Shown here: one piece after another, positions 36,893 to 47,103 of the stretch
Layout of the letters: each line of letters begins with the position of its first letter
How positions within the stretch are numbered: the first letter of the stretch is position 1
Position numbers and translations under genes: made by a program
The notes under the pieces: generated by a model
The model's input: only the letters and a program-made list of their open reading frames with translations
What the model was told of the DNA's origin: nothing
Database searches by the model: none
Virus record (IMG/VR): IMGVR_UViG_3300033120_000845
Coordinates: 1-64,000 of that record
Reading direction: 5' to 3' (one strand)
Source of the DNA: a virus
Lineage: Duplodnaviria; Caudoviricetes
DNA: 64,000 nucleotides

Positions 36893-39489
36893 ATAAATTT
36901 ATAAAACAGCATAAAGAGTATTTTAAAAGAAATGCTACTGCTATTGAAAGCAACTATTGGGATAAGGACGAAGAACTCGTAAGAAAAGTAAAATTATTTA
37001 AGCAAGAGAATAGCCTTACTACATCTATTGTTGGAAGATTGTCAGCATTTATAAAAATAGCGGAAGCTGATAGAAGATTACCTAAAACTCAAAAATTCAT
37101 AGAAGAAACTTTAGATATAATAAACATCCACATAAAAAAATGTGATAATTATTTAGATTATAAACTAGATGAGTTGATAGAATCAACAGACGATACTGAT
37201 GAGGAAATTGATTTAAAAACTCAAGAGATTGCCTTCCAAGATGATGTATTTAATCAGAAAATTGCAATACAAGATAAATTAGATTCTTTAAATCTTAAAA
37301 GTGAACCCGATGATTTAAAATTTAGTTTTTTCAGCGGACAAATAGCGTCACTACCAATGTCAGAAGTATTGACAGTTGTTAATAATGATATTAAAGAAGC
37401 AACAGACTCATTAAATTTAGCTAAAGAAATAACAGACAAAACTTTTTATAAGGATTTATTAGAGCAAGGAAAAGTTCCTCAATGGAATGAAAAAAAACAT
37501 TATTGGGAACAAGATAAAGAAACTTTAGCTTTTTGGCAAAACGAGTGGTTGAAAATAAAATATGGATTTGAGGTGGATGGGTATTTTATTCACCCTTGGT
37601 TATATTTTCACATAAACTTTTTTAAAACTCCAATTCCGCAATCTGATGGTTCTGAACCTATTGTGAGTCCTGATTTCAGAGATAATGAGTGGTTATTTGT
37701 TGAAGAAATAAAAAGAGCAGAAGAGGCTGGTAACAGAGGGGTTATGCTGTATGGAAGCCGCCGTTTAGGTAAATCTACACTAATGTCTTCTTATTGTTAT
37801 TGGAAAGCACTCACTAAACCAAATGCCTCTGCGACAATTACATCGGGGTCTGAAGGAGATTTGATTGACTTAACGCATAAGATAAAAACTGCTATGAAGT
37901 ATATACCAAAAGCATTTTATCTTTATATTCAGAGTCAAGAATGGTTAGGTGGGTCTGTTGAATTAGGATTAAAAACAACGGCAAGTAACTTAGTAGAGTA
38001 CTCAAGATTTAATATAAAAAACTTAGCAGGTGGTACAACTAAGGCTACCCAAAAGACTGCGGGTGGAGCTCCAAGTGTCTTCTTAATTGAAGAAATTGGA
38101 AAATTCAATTGGAAGAAGTCGTTTTTAGCAGCTAAACCATCTTTTGAAACAAAAGACAGATGGAAGTGTGTACCAATTGCTGTAGGTACAGGAGGAGAGG
38201 CTTCATTATCGGGTGATGCTATGTTAGCTTTATCAAATCCAAAATCTATGCATTTTTTAGAAATGGATTGGGATACTTTTGAATCTAAAATACCTGAAAA
38301 AGCAATTAGTTGGACAAGAAGAAAGTTTGCCACATTTGTTCCTGCTCAGATGTCATATAAAACAAATCTTAGGAGTATAAAAAGACCTTTTGGTGAATTT
38401 TTAGGGATACAGTCGGAAGAATTAGATAAAATTACAATATTTCAAGCTGATTGGGAGCACAATTTAAAAGTCTTATTAGAAGATAGAGATTTAGTAAAAG
38501 GTGATTCATTATTAGCACAACAAGAAGCTGTACAATATCCAATTGACCCGGAAGAATGTTTCCTGAGTTCAGAATCTAACCCATTCCCTTATGAAGAAGC
38601 AAGAACACATAAAGAATATCTACAGGCTACAGGTAAATGGGATAGAAGAAGGGAATTAATAAAGAACTCTCAAGGTAAGATAGAGGTACGATTATCAACA
38701 AAGGAATTAGTTGAATTTCCTTTTAAAGGTGGAAATCAAGATGCACCTTATCTTATTTTTGAAGACCCACCAGAAGAGAAACAAAGCAGATGGACTTATG
38801 TTGCATCAGGTGACTTTTATAAGCAAGAAGGTTCGGCTACAGAATCAGTGGGTACAATTTATATTTATAAATATGACCTATTTGATGACCCATTTGCTAA
38901 AAAATTAGTTGCCTCTTATTCAGCGAGACCTAAAACATACAGAGAATTTAATGAAAAAGTATTATTATTATTGGAAGCATATAATGCAGTAATTTTCCCA
39001 GAAAATGAAGATTTAGGTGTGTTCCAAACTTTTTTGGAAAATAAACATTTAGAAGATTATCTTGTAAAACACATTGATTTTAAAACAGCTTTAGATTTTA
39101 CAGAAAATGGAATTAGAAAATATGGATGGACTGCCGCACAATCTAAATCTAAATTAATAGCAATGTATGTTAATTATTGTAATGAGACAGTTAAAATTAT
39201 AAATGATGAAGGTATTGAAGTAGAAGTTAAAAGAATTCAAACCATTGATGATATTTGGCTATTAACAGAGATTATGAATTTCTCTTCTACTGGGAACTTT
39301 GATAGGATTTCAGGTTCACTTGGAGCAATTGGACTGTTACACGTATTGGAAAAAAACTATATTTATCCAAAACATGTAAAAAAACGAAGAGAAGAAAAAG
39401 AAGGAGAAGAAAAACCCAAAGACCGAACAAAAACTTTCTATGGAATGTCAAGCAGAAAAGCAGGTTTTTATTCAGGAAGAAGGCGTTAA
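36877..39489 (+). CDS. terL: terminase large subunit
   Basis: Walker A GSRRLGKS, Walker B LIEEIGK, GTGG coupling motif, nuclease GDFY/EN/GNFDRI; upstream of portal. Confidence 0.9.
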   Translation: MSERIDKFIKQHKEYFKRNATAIESNYWDKDEELVRKVKLFKQENSLTTSIVGRLSAFIKIAEADRRLPKTQKFIEETLDIINIHIKKCDNYLDYKLDELIESTDDTDEEIDLKTQEIAFQDDVFNQKIAIQDKLDSLNLKSEPDDLKFSFFSGQIASLPMSEVLTVVNNDIKEATDSLNLAKEITDKTFYKDLLEQGKVPQWNEKKHYWEQDKETLAFWQNEWLKIKYGFEVDGYFIHPWLYFHINFFKTPIPQSDGSEPIVSPDFRDNEWLFVEEIKRAEEAGNRGVMLYGSRRLGKSTLMSSYCYWKALTKPNASATITSGSEGDLIDLTHKIKTAMKYIPKAFYLYIQSQEWLGGSVELGLKTTASNLVEYSRFNIKNLAGGTTKATQKTAGGAPSVFLIEEIGKFNWKKSFLAAKPSFETKDRWKCVPIAVGTGGEASLSGDAMLALSNPKSMHFLEMDWDTFESKIPEKAISWTRRKFATFVPAQMSYKTNLRSIKRPFGEFLGIQSEELDKITIFQADWEHNLKVLLEDRDLVKGDSLLAQQEAVQYPIDPEECFLSSESNPFPYEEARTHKEYLQATGKWDRRRELIKNSQGKIEVRLSTKELVEFPFKGGNQDAPYLIFEDPPEEKQSRWTYVASGDFYKQEGSATESVGTIYIYKYDLFDDPFAKKLVASYSARPKTYREFNEKVLLLLEAYNAVIFPENEDLGVFQTFLENKHLEDYLVKHIDFKTALDFTENGIRKYGWTAAQSKSKLIAMYVNYCNETVKIINDEGIEVEVKRIQTIDDIWLLTEIMNFSSTGNFDRISGSLGAIGLLHVLEKNYIYPKHVKKRREEKEGEEKPKDRTKTFYGMSSRKAGFYSGRRR

Positions 39490-39499
39490 TATTTCTAAC

Positions 39500-39542
39500 A
39501 AACTAACCAATTTTTTTAATCTTAGTTAAATTAGTAATTTTG
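39500..39542 (+). promoter_or_regulatory. late promoter (AAACTAACCAATTTT-N20-TAATTTTG)
   Basis: Same 15-mer and spacing at 42435 and 58005. Confidence 0.8.
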
Positions 39543-39562
39543 CAAATTAATTTTACAGAAAC

Positions 39563-42391
39563 ATGAGTAATTACGAAGGCTTTCACGCTTTTCAGAACGG
39601 TTTAAGCACCGCCACAGCTCTATCAGGATTACGACCACCAACGGCAATAGAAGACTCAAAGAAAAATAAACATTGGCGAAAAGCTACAATGGATTTCTTT
39701 GAAAGGTATGGTGTTCGTCAATTGCAGAAAAACCTAAGATTTAGAGAATATCGAAAAATGGTTGATGGACAATTCACCTATATCGGAACAGGTATGGGGG
39801 AGTTTCAAGAGATGCCTTGGTTCGACAATGAAATCAGAAAATTACGTGAAGATAAGGGTATCCCAACTTACGTAAAACATTTTGATTTCATAGGTATTGT
39901 TTGTAACGCCCTTTTAGGTGTTTATGACGAATTCTTAGACATGTTTGAGATAGACTCTACGGATGAATATGCCACTAATGAGTTTATAAGAATGAAGACA
40001 GAGATGATGCACCAATCTGCTTCACAAGTATTCCAAGAAGAGCTTCAAAGAATGCTTATGATGAGAGGTGTTGATGTTAATAAAAAAGATTTTCAGTCTG
40101 AGGAAGAAGCACAACAATACCAACAGTATGTTGCCGAACAATCAAAAGCATTAACACCTGAAGAAATAGAGGTAAGTCTTTCTAAAAACTTCAAAGTCTT
40201 AGCTGTGGAATGGGCGCAAAATACTATAACAACAGATAGAACGGAATTCCGCATAGATGAATTAGACAGAGAAAACTTCTTAGACTATTTATTAACAGGA
40301 AGATACTTTAAACATTTTCGAGTGGGCTATGATTCATACTCTGTCGAAAGATGGTCTCCTGAAGAAACATTCTTTTCTCAAGATGTAGAAGCAAAATATC
40401 CACAAGAAGGAGAGTTTATAGGTCGAATAAGAAATTTATCGCCTGACTCTATTTTAAATATTTACGGGCACTTATTAACTGCCAAAGAACAAGAACAAAT
40501 TTCAAATTATTGGAATCAGAGCTTGTATTATAGAAGTAGCAGTTCTATGAACGCAGGGGCTTTAACAAATACGCTATTTCCTGAAGCAAGAACAGTTCCG
40601 TTTCAAAATTATTATACTCACGATTTAATGACTCAATATGAGGATGCTTTAGGAGAACCTATGGCTATGCGTACTTTGAGAAATAAAGAAGGAGATGAAT
40701 ACACAATTGAAGATTGGATGCCTCGTTATTACGCAAACACCAATCCTCTAAACACAAATGTTTTCGCAAAATATTTAAGAAACGATATTGAAGTAAGACA
40801 GGATACTATTCAAGTCACCGAAGTGTATTTTAGAAACTATAAACGAATGGGACTCTTAACTTATGAAAATGAGATTGGAGCTATTGCACAAGTTTTAGTT
40901 ACGGACGATTTACTGAGTGGTTTTTTAACAGAAAATGAAATTGAAAAAATTAAAGACGTTTCATTAGAAGAAGTTAAAATCGCTACAGACCAAAATAGAC
41001 TTTCAGAATATGTAAATACAATTGTTTATACGTATCACCCTGAAGTTTGGAAAGGTGTAAAAATCAGAGGAAATAAAGCAGTACTTAAAAATGACCTTTA
41101 TTTAGACATCAGACCTTTAGATTTTCAAATTAAAGGCAGTAGAAGTAAAACTTATGATTTTCAATTACCTGTTGCAGGAATTATTACAACCTCTCCTGTC
41201 GCACAAAGATTAGAGCCATATCAGATTCTTCATAATATTTCCATGAATCAAATCACAGAATTATTAGAAAAAGAATTAGGGGTATTCTTTACATTTGATA
41301 TTTTATATCTTCCATCAGAATATAAAGACATGGATACTGAACAAGCTATCCTTGAAATGAGAGATATGATTAGAGATATTGGTTTAATGCCAATTGACAT
41401 GTCAAAACAAAATACAGCAGGAAATCAACCACTTGTAAATAGTTTCCAAAGACAAGATGTAACATTTGCTTCACAAGTACAGTATAGACAAGCTCTTGCG
41501 CAATATTACAAAATGGAAGGGCTTTCTCAAATTGGAATTACACCTCAATTATTAGGGCAAGCAAATACCTATGTAACTTCTGAAGGTGTTAAACAAGGTG
41601 CACAAGCGTCTTATGCATTATTAGCTCCAATCTTTGAAAAATTCAATACAGCGAAAGCTAAAGAAATGGAAGTTCATATTGCGGTGGCTCAATATTGCCA
41701 ATCATCAGGTAAAGACCAAACTGTTTTATATAGAAAAGGAGATGGTGAATTAAGTTTCCTTAATATTATGGTAGAGGACGGTGAACTATTTCCTCTTAGA
41801 CACTTAGGAGTTGCGCCAAAAACAAATGCAAAAGACAGAAAGATTTTAGAGACAGTTAGAAATCTAATGTTAAATGATAATACAATGCAACGTGACTTAA
41901 AAGACGTTATAGATGTATTAACTAATCCAAATCTTTTAGAGGTTAAAGATGCCGCGCAAAGAAATAGAATAAGACATCAAAAAGAAACAGAAGCACAAAG
42001 ACAGCATGAATCAGAAATGGCTGATAAACAAATTCAAGCTAATCAAGCAAGTATTCAAGAGCAAAGACAATTTGATTTATTAAAACAGAAAAATCAATTG
42101 GATTCTAATGAAAAGATTGCTTACATGAGCGGTATGGCTAAAGCTGTTGATACAAATGCTACAATAGACGAATTAAATCTGTATAAAACAGAGATGAGTG
42201 GCTTCCTATCTAAGACCAAAATGGATGCTGACATTGAACATAAGCAAAATGTATTAGAACAAAAGACTCAAAACGACATAGAGAAGAACAAAGCAACAAT
42301 ACAACAGTTAGGACTTAAAGCAAGAGAAATCTCAGTGAGAGAGCGTGAAGCAGAGAATAAAAGATTTGGAGATATAATTAATAAAAATTAG
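39563..42391 (+). CDS. portal protein (crAss-like)
   Basis: 942 aa between terminase and scaffold/MCP; GITPQLLGQ motif and long Q-rich C-terminal coiled coil. Confidence 0.85.
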   Translation: MSNYEGFHAFQNGLSTATALSGLRPPTAIEDSKKNKHWRKATMDFFERYGVRQLQKNLRFREYRKMVDGQFTYIGTGMGEFQEMPWFDNEIRKLREDKGIPTYVKHFDFIGIVCNALLGVYDEFLDMFEIDSTDEYATNEFIRMKTEMMHQSASQVFQEELQRMLMMRGVDVNKKDFQSEEEAQQYQQYVAEQSKALTPEEIEVSLSKNFKVLAVEWAQNTITTDRTEFRIDELDRENFLDYLLTGRYFKHFRVGYDSYSVERWSPEETFFSQDVEAKYPQEGEFIGRIRNLSPDSILNIYGHLLTAKEQEQISNYWNQSLYYRSSSSMNAGALTNTLFPEARTVPFQNYYTHDLMTQYEDALGEPMAMRTLRNKEGDEYTIEDWMPRYYANTNPLNTNVFAKYLRNDIEVRQDTIQVTEVYFRNYKRMGLLTYENEIGAIAQVLVTDDLLSGFLTENEIEKIKDVSLEEVKIATDQNRLSEYVNTIVYTYHPEVWKGVKIRGNKAVLKNDLYLDIRPLDFQIKGSRSKTYDFQLPVAGIITTSPVAQRLEPYQILHNISMNQITELLEKELGVFFTFDILYLPSEYKDMDTEQAILEMRDMIRDIGLMPIDMSKQNTAGNQPLVNSFQRQDVTFASQVQYRQALAQYYKMEGLSQIGITPQLLGQANTYVTSEGVKQGAQASYALLAPIFEKFNTAKAKEMEVHIAVAQYCQSSGKDQTVLYRKGDGELSFLNIMVEDGELFPLRHLGVAPKTNAKDRKILETVRNLMLNDNTMQRDLKDVIDVLTNPNLLEVKDAAQRNRIRHQKETEAQRQHESEMADKQIQANQASIQEQRQFDLLKQKNQLDSNEKIAYMSGMAKAVDTNATIDELNLYKTEMSGFLSKTKMDADIEHKQNVLEQKTQNDIEKNKATIQQLGLKAREISVREREAENKRFGDIINKN

Positions 42392-42434
42392 TAAATCTTC
42401 TAATCATTATAAAATCAGCTAACCAATTGCTTAC

Positions 42435-42477
42435 AAACTAACCAATTTTGAATATTAAAAATAAACCAATAAATTTG
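42435..42477 (+). promoter_or_regulatory. late promoter (AAACTAACCAATTTT-N20-TAAATTTG)
   Basis: Conserved 15-mer plus -7 box; partial second copy CTAACCAATT at 42419. Confidence 0.8.
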
Positions 42478-42487
42478 CACTAGAAAA

Positions 42488-43627
42488 ATGAATAACACCC
42501 AAGATTTTTCAACGGGAGATGACCTACTTAACTTTTTAGGTCAAGCCCCAAAAGAAACTACAAACGAGTTAGAAAACTTATTACAGACTCCTCCAAAATC
42601 AGAAGAAACTCCAAAAGAAGTTATTGAAGATAAGAAAGACGAAGTAGTAGTTGAAACTCCACCTCAAGTTCAAGCAGAAGGTCTTAAAGACATCGCAGAC
42701 ATATTACCGACACAACCACAAACAAACGCCGCAAAAAACGATTTGGTTAAAAGGTATTTAGAGGATGGATATTGGCAAGATGTAACAGTACAGATTCAAA
42801 CAGAAGAAGGATTAAAAGAAGTACCCTTGTCTGAAATGGATAATGTAGATGATGAAACCTTTTTACAATTAAAAGAGGCGCAGGATAAATTAAGAACAGA
42901 AGAATTCGACCAAAAATTCATTAGTAAAGAAGGACTTGATGAAAAGACTTTAAAACTAATTGAGATTGCAAGAAACGGAAGATTCGATGAAATCCAAGAT
43001 TTACTAAAAATTCAGGCAGAAATTGTTCACCCATTACAAGGATTGGACACATCTGATGAAAAAGTACAAGAATGGATTGTAGCGCAAACTTTAAAAAATC
43101 AAGGACTTGATGACGTTGTAATTTCTAATACAATTAAACAATACAAAGAAAATTTAGTCTTAGACCAAAAAGCCGAAGCAGTTGTACAGCAAATTGATAG
43201 AATGTATAATGAGCAGGTTGACAACAAACTTAAAGAAGTTGAAGATTCTAAGATTAAAGAAAAAGAAAATCAGAAACTGTTTAAAAAATCAGTATCTGAC
43301 GAATACAAAAAATTAGGCATTAAAGAAACACTACAAAAATCTTTAATTGAAAGTGCCACCAAGTATGACGAGTTCGGTCTGTCACAAACAGACAAATTAT
43401 ATTTTGAAGCGAAGAAAGACCCGCAATTTTTCGCAGATTTAAATTTCTTTTTAAATAACAGAGATGCATACAACGAATTTAAAGGAGTTAAGATAGCCAA
43501 CGAGGTAAATAAAAGAAATTTTATCACTATTGTTAAGTCCGATAAAAAAGTTGCATCTACTCTTGTTGAAACAAAAAAAGATGATAGTAAAGAGAACCCG
43601 TTGAATAGATTTTTAAACACTAATTAA
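42488..43627 (+). CDS. putative scaffolding protein
   Basis: Acidic, low-complexity N-terminus and coiled coil; between portal and MCP. Confidence 0.65.
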   Translation: MNNTQDFSTGDDLLNFLGQAPKETTNELENLLQTPPKSEETPKEVIEDKKDEVVVETPPQVQAEGLKDIADILPTQPQTNAAKNDLVKRYLEDGYWQDVTVQIQTEEGLKEVPLSEMDNVDDETFLQLKEAQDKLRTEEFDQKFISKEGLDEKTLKLIEIARNGRFDEIQDLLKIQAEIVHPLQGLDTSDEKVQEWIVAQTLKNQGLDDVVISNTIKQYKENLVLDQKAEAVVQQIDRMYNEQVDNKLKEVEDSKIKEKENQKLFKKSVSDEYKKLGIKETLQKSLIESATKYDEFGLSQTDKLYFEAKKDPQFFADLNFFLNNRDAYNEFKGVKIANEVNKRNFITIVKSDKKVASTLVETKKDDSKENPLNRFLNTN

Positions 43628-43650
43628 CATTAAACAAAAAATAACAAACA

Positions 43651-45357
43651 ATGAGTTTTTATAATCAAGGAGTACCTATGGTACGCAATAATGACCAAGT
43701 AATTGGCTTTGCTACTACGAAGAGTTTTCAGGACGTAGCAAAGGGAGGTTACATTGATTACACCTCGTTACAGTCTTGGTACGAAGAAGACCCTTTAAAA
43801 AACCACATGAGATTACAACCGTTTTTCGGACACCAATCTCAAGTTAAATATCCTATTTTTGAAGATATATTGCAAAACAATGCAATCTTAGAGGTAAATG
43901 GTTGGGAAGGTTCTTTCACTTATGATTTACCAATTGAAACAGATAATAGTGTCAAAACTATTGGTGATACTTCTTATCAAGAATATGCGGGAGCAGATAA
44001 TACACTATTTGAAATCATTTTAAATTATGAGTTTGCGCCGGGTACATCTTTAACTTGTGACGGACTTTACGGAGATACAATCGTTATAGATGATTCTCGT
44101 CCTGTTGAAGACGTTGGTGAAGGTTTTAAACATTGGGTTACTTTATTAACAAATGATGCTAATAAAACATACCCTAATTTCTTACTAAAGAAAAACGTTC
44201 AATACTTTGAAACAGGTCATGGAACATCTGAGTATGGTGAAAAATTTGCTATCACTCATATGCCAAAAGGAAGTTCTTATATGACTTTAGAATTCCGTTT
44301 AGGTTCTGTACAAGGAGCTGAAAGTTACATAACAGGAAAAGCCGACTCAGTTAACTTAGGTGGTGGTGTTGCAGCAACTAAAGACTACTTAGGAGAAATT
44401 GAAAGTTTCTATAAAGGAGGTAAAGAAATGGTAATCATCGGACAAAACGATGGTACAGGAAAAATGTCTTCAGGAGCTAAAGCAAAAGTTGGTACTATTA
44501 TGGAGTTCCTTACTTTGAAGAAATTTAACGAAAATATGTCAACTTCATTGATGTTCCAAAGAGGTGGTGTAGTTAAAGGTCAAAAAGGAGCTATCCGTTA
44601 CAACGAAGGATTGTGGCATCAAATGAGACGTGGTAAAATTGTTTCTTACGGTAAACGTTACGGAATCACCCGTTCTCACATTAAAGAAGCTGCTGATTAC
44701 GTATTTAGAATCAACCCTAACAAGCGTCCAATTGAGCGTAATATTAAATTCAAGTGTGGTACTGAGGCTTACAACAACATGCTTCAAATCTTTAAAGAAG
44801 AGACACAGGCACAGTTAACAGCTAATGCGGTATTAATCGGAGCACAATCTGTTGCTAACTTGAATCAAAAAATCGTTACAGGAAACGACATTTACAACTT
44901 GACAATGAATCCTGTACGTTTTACAAACGTTTATTTAGATGGAATCGGACACGTAGAAATTGAAGAAGATTACTCTCTAAACTACATGAACGTAACTGAC
45001 CGCCAGTTAGCAGGTATGAACCCTAAAGGATTCGACCACACTACTTACTCTATGATTATTTGGGATGCTTTAGACACTCAATACTCAAACAACCAAGAGA
45101 TGCCAAAAGGTACTCAATTAGTTGACCAAGGTAAGAAAGATGCTAACATCTACTTAGTAATGCCACAAGGAGAGAAAATCTATTGGGGTACTTCTACAGG
45201 ACGTTACGACAACAGAAGAGCTACAGGAATTATGGCTTCTCACAAAACTATGACGCAAGAATTCTTCGTTTACGGTTCGGGAGCTATTTGGATGAAAGAC
45301 CCTTCTAAATTTGTAATGATTGAGTTAGAACCATCTGCACGTAGAGGATTTAACTAA
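43651..45357 (+). CDS. major capsid protein (crAss-like)
   Basis: 568 aa with strongly biased (highly expressed) codon usage; EGLWHQMRRG, GIGHVEI, IWMKDPSKFV; follows portal and scaffold. Confidence 0.85.
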   Translation: MSFYNQGVPMVRNNDQVIGFATTKSFQDVAKGGYIDYTSLQSWYEEDPLKNHMRLQPFFGHQSQVKYPIFEDILQNNAILEVNGWEGSFTYDLPIETDNSVKTIGDTSYQEYAGADNTLFEIILNYEFAPGTSLTCDGLYGDTIVIDDSRPVEDVGEGFKHWVTLLTNDANKTYPNFLLKKNVQYFETGHGTSEYGEKFAITHMPKGSSYMTLEFRLGSVQGAESYITGKADSVNLGGGVAATKDYLGEIESFYKGGKEMVIIGQNDGTGKMSSGAKAKVGTIMEFLTLKKFNENMSTSLMFQRGGVVKGQKGAIRYNEGLWHQMRRGKIVSYGKRYGITRSHIKEAADYVFRINPNKRPIERNIKFKCGTEAYNNMLQIFKEETQAQLTANAVLIGAQSVANLNQKIVTGNDIYNLTMNPVRFTNVYLDGIGHVEIEEDYSLNYMNVTDRQLAGMNPKGFDHTTYSMIIWDALDTQYSNNQEMPKGTQLVDQGKKDANIYLVMPQGEKIYWGTSTGRYDNRRATGIMASHKTMTQEFFVYGSGAIWMKDPSKFVMIELEPSARRGFN

Positions 45358-45374
45358 TAAATAAAAGTCTTAAA

Positions 45375-45399
45375 GGGAGGGGGGTGTAATATCCCCTCC
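45375..45399 (+). terminator. GC-rich hairpin after MCP (terminator/attenuator)
   Basis: GGAGGGG-ggtgtaatat-CCCCTCC. Confidence 0.55.
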
Positions 45400-45439
45400 T
45401 GAGTAGGACAAAACCAAAAAACCAAAAAGAATAACAAAA

Positions 45440-46399
45440 ATGGCAAAAAAAATTAAAGAGGATGAAATTTTAATCAAAGTACAAAATACTATGATTAAGA
45501 TTGGAGATTCCTATGAGGTAGTGGGAAAAATGGACTTAGATGCTCCTGACGAAGCCTTTAAAAAACACAACACAACAAAATATTTAATCAAAGGAATTGG
45601 GGATTCACGCTCTATACCATTTGATGATAAAAGAAATTTATGGGATACAGGATTTGATGTAAGAGACACTTCTAATAGAGATATGAAAGAAGAGGATAAA
45701 GCGTACGTTTCCGCCTATAACAAACATATAAAAGAACCATACGAAGAAAAATATAACGTAAAACTTGATGCCCTCGATAGAAAAGATTCACCTTGGTACG
45801 ATTTGATTATCGACATTCAAAAAGGAAGAATTTTTGACACAACAGATGAAAAAGATAGGCTTCAATTGTTTTTAGCATTGCAACATTATTTTGTTTGTGA
45901 AAAAGATGATAAGTCTTATAAAACAAGAAATGCTAACTACAATATTGTAAATAAAGCTAAATCTATTGATGTTAAAAAAGATAGATATGGTAAAAAATTA
46001 GAAGCAATTACAGTATTTAATAATTTACTAAATTCAGATATAGATACTCTTTATTTAATTTTAGAATGGATTGGATATGGAACTGTAAGAAATACACCTA
46101 AAGAATCTTTAATGCTTCAAGTTATGGAGTCATTCGAGCAGGAAGAGGGATACACTTCAGTTGAAAATTTCTTAGATATTTATAAAATGTCGCAAGATAA
46201 AACAAGAAAAGAAGAGTTAGATTTGTTCTCTTATTTGAATCAACTTAGATACACAAATAGGTTGAAATATGAAAGAAGAGAGTTCTTATTAGACGGCGAA
46301 GTAATTGGAAACAGTTTAAAAGATGCCGCGAAAAGAGCTTTAGCAAATCCTGAATTAAAAAGTAAGATTATCAATATAGCAGCAGACGTTTTAAAATAA
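45440..46399 (+). CDS. conserved capsid-module protein
   Basis: 319 aa directly after MCP, as in the crAss-like gene order. Confidence 0.7.
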   Translation: MAKKIKEDEILIKVQNTMIKIGDSYEVVGKMDLDAPDEAFKKHNTTKYLIKGIGDSRSIPFDDKRNLWDTGFDVRDTSNRDMKEEDKAYVSAYNKHIKEPYEEKYNVKLDALDRKDSPWYDLIIDIQKGRIFDTTDEKDRLQLFLALQHYFVCEKDDKSYKTRNANYNIVNKAKSIDVKKDRYGKKLEAITVFNNLLNSDIDTLYLILEWIGYGTVRNTPKESLMLQVMESFEQEEGYTSVENFLDIYKMSQDKTRKEELDLFSYLNQLRYTNRLKYERREFLLDGEVIGNSLKDAAKRALANPELKSKIINIAADVLK

Positions 46400-46406
46400 A
46401 TAAACA

Positions 46407-47072
46407 ATGTTAGTAGAAGAAGCATATATAAATTATCTGTCAAAAGTTGAAGAAAACTCTACAAACGACAATATCTCAACAGATAAGCAGAGATTTGTAT
46501 TACTTTTCAACGAAAATCAAAATAAATTTATAGAAGGATTATTAGATAGAAGAGGGGATGACGACATTAGATATATTCAAAAGTTTTTAGTCCCCGATTC
46601 AAATCTAACCTTTAAAAATAAAAAAGAGAATAGATATAATTTCAATCTTCCAGAAGATTATTTAGACTTATCAAGTTGTTTTGCAATGGGGTCTAAGGGT
46701 ACATGTACAAATCAAAGGATAGATTTATATGAAATAAAATCAGAAAATCTTGTACAAGTGTTACAGGATAGTTTTCAAAAACCCTCTTTTGAATGGAGAG
46801 AATCTCCTTACTTAGTCAATTCGGATTTAGTAGCAGTTTTTGTAGATGAATTTAAAATCGACAAAGTGTTACTTAGTTATTATAGATATCCACAATATAT
46901 TAGATTAGTTAGTCCTGATGACCCTGAGAGTCAATTTGACGAAACTTTTAAAATTGAGTGGGATGATAAAGCTACAAATCGTATTATTTCAGCTTGTGCG
47001 GGCGAGTTCGATATAAACGAGATGAGTCCTCGTTGGCAGTTACAAAAACAAAGAGTTACAAACAAAAATTAA
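46407..47072 (+). CDS. head-tail adaptor/ring protein
   Basis: NENQNKFI..LPEDYL..LSYYRYP pattern and position. Confidence 0.6.
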   Translation: MLVEEAYINYLSKVEENSTNDNISTDKQRFVLLFNENQNKFIEGLLDRRGDDDIRYIQKFLVPDSNLTFKNKKENRYNFNLPEDYLDLSSCFAMGSKGTCTNQRIDLYEIKSENLVQVLQDSFQKPSFEWRESPYLVNSDLVAVFVDEFKIDKVLLSYYRYPQYIRLVSPDDPESQFDETFKIEWDDKATNRIISACAGEFDINEMSPRWQLQKQRVTNKN

Positions 47073-47103
47073 AATTTAATAAACAATAAAATAATTAAAA
47101 AAG

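Noticed and set aside
36877-45357. Introns or inteins in terminase, portal or capsid genes
   Set aside because: The ORFs are uninterrupted, and no intein-like C..HN(C/S/T) boundaries or LAGLIDADG blocks were recognised.
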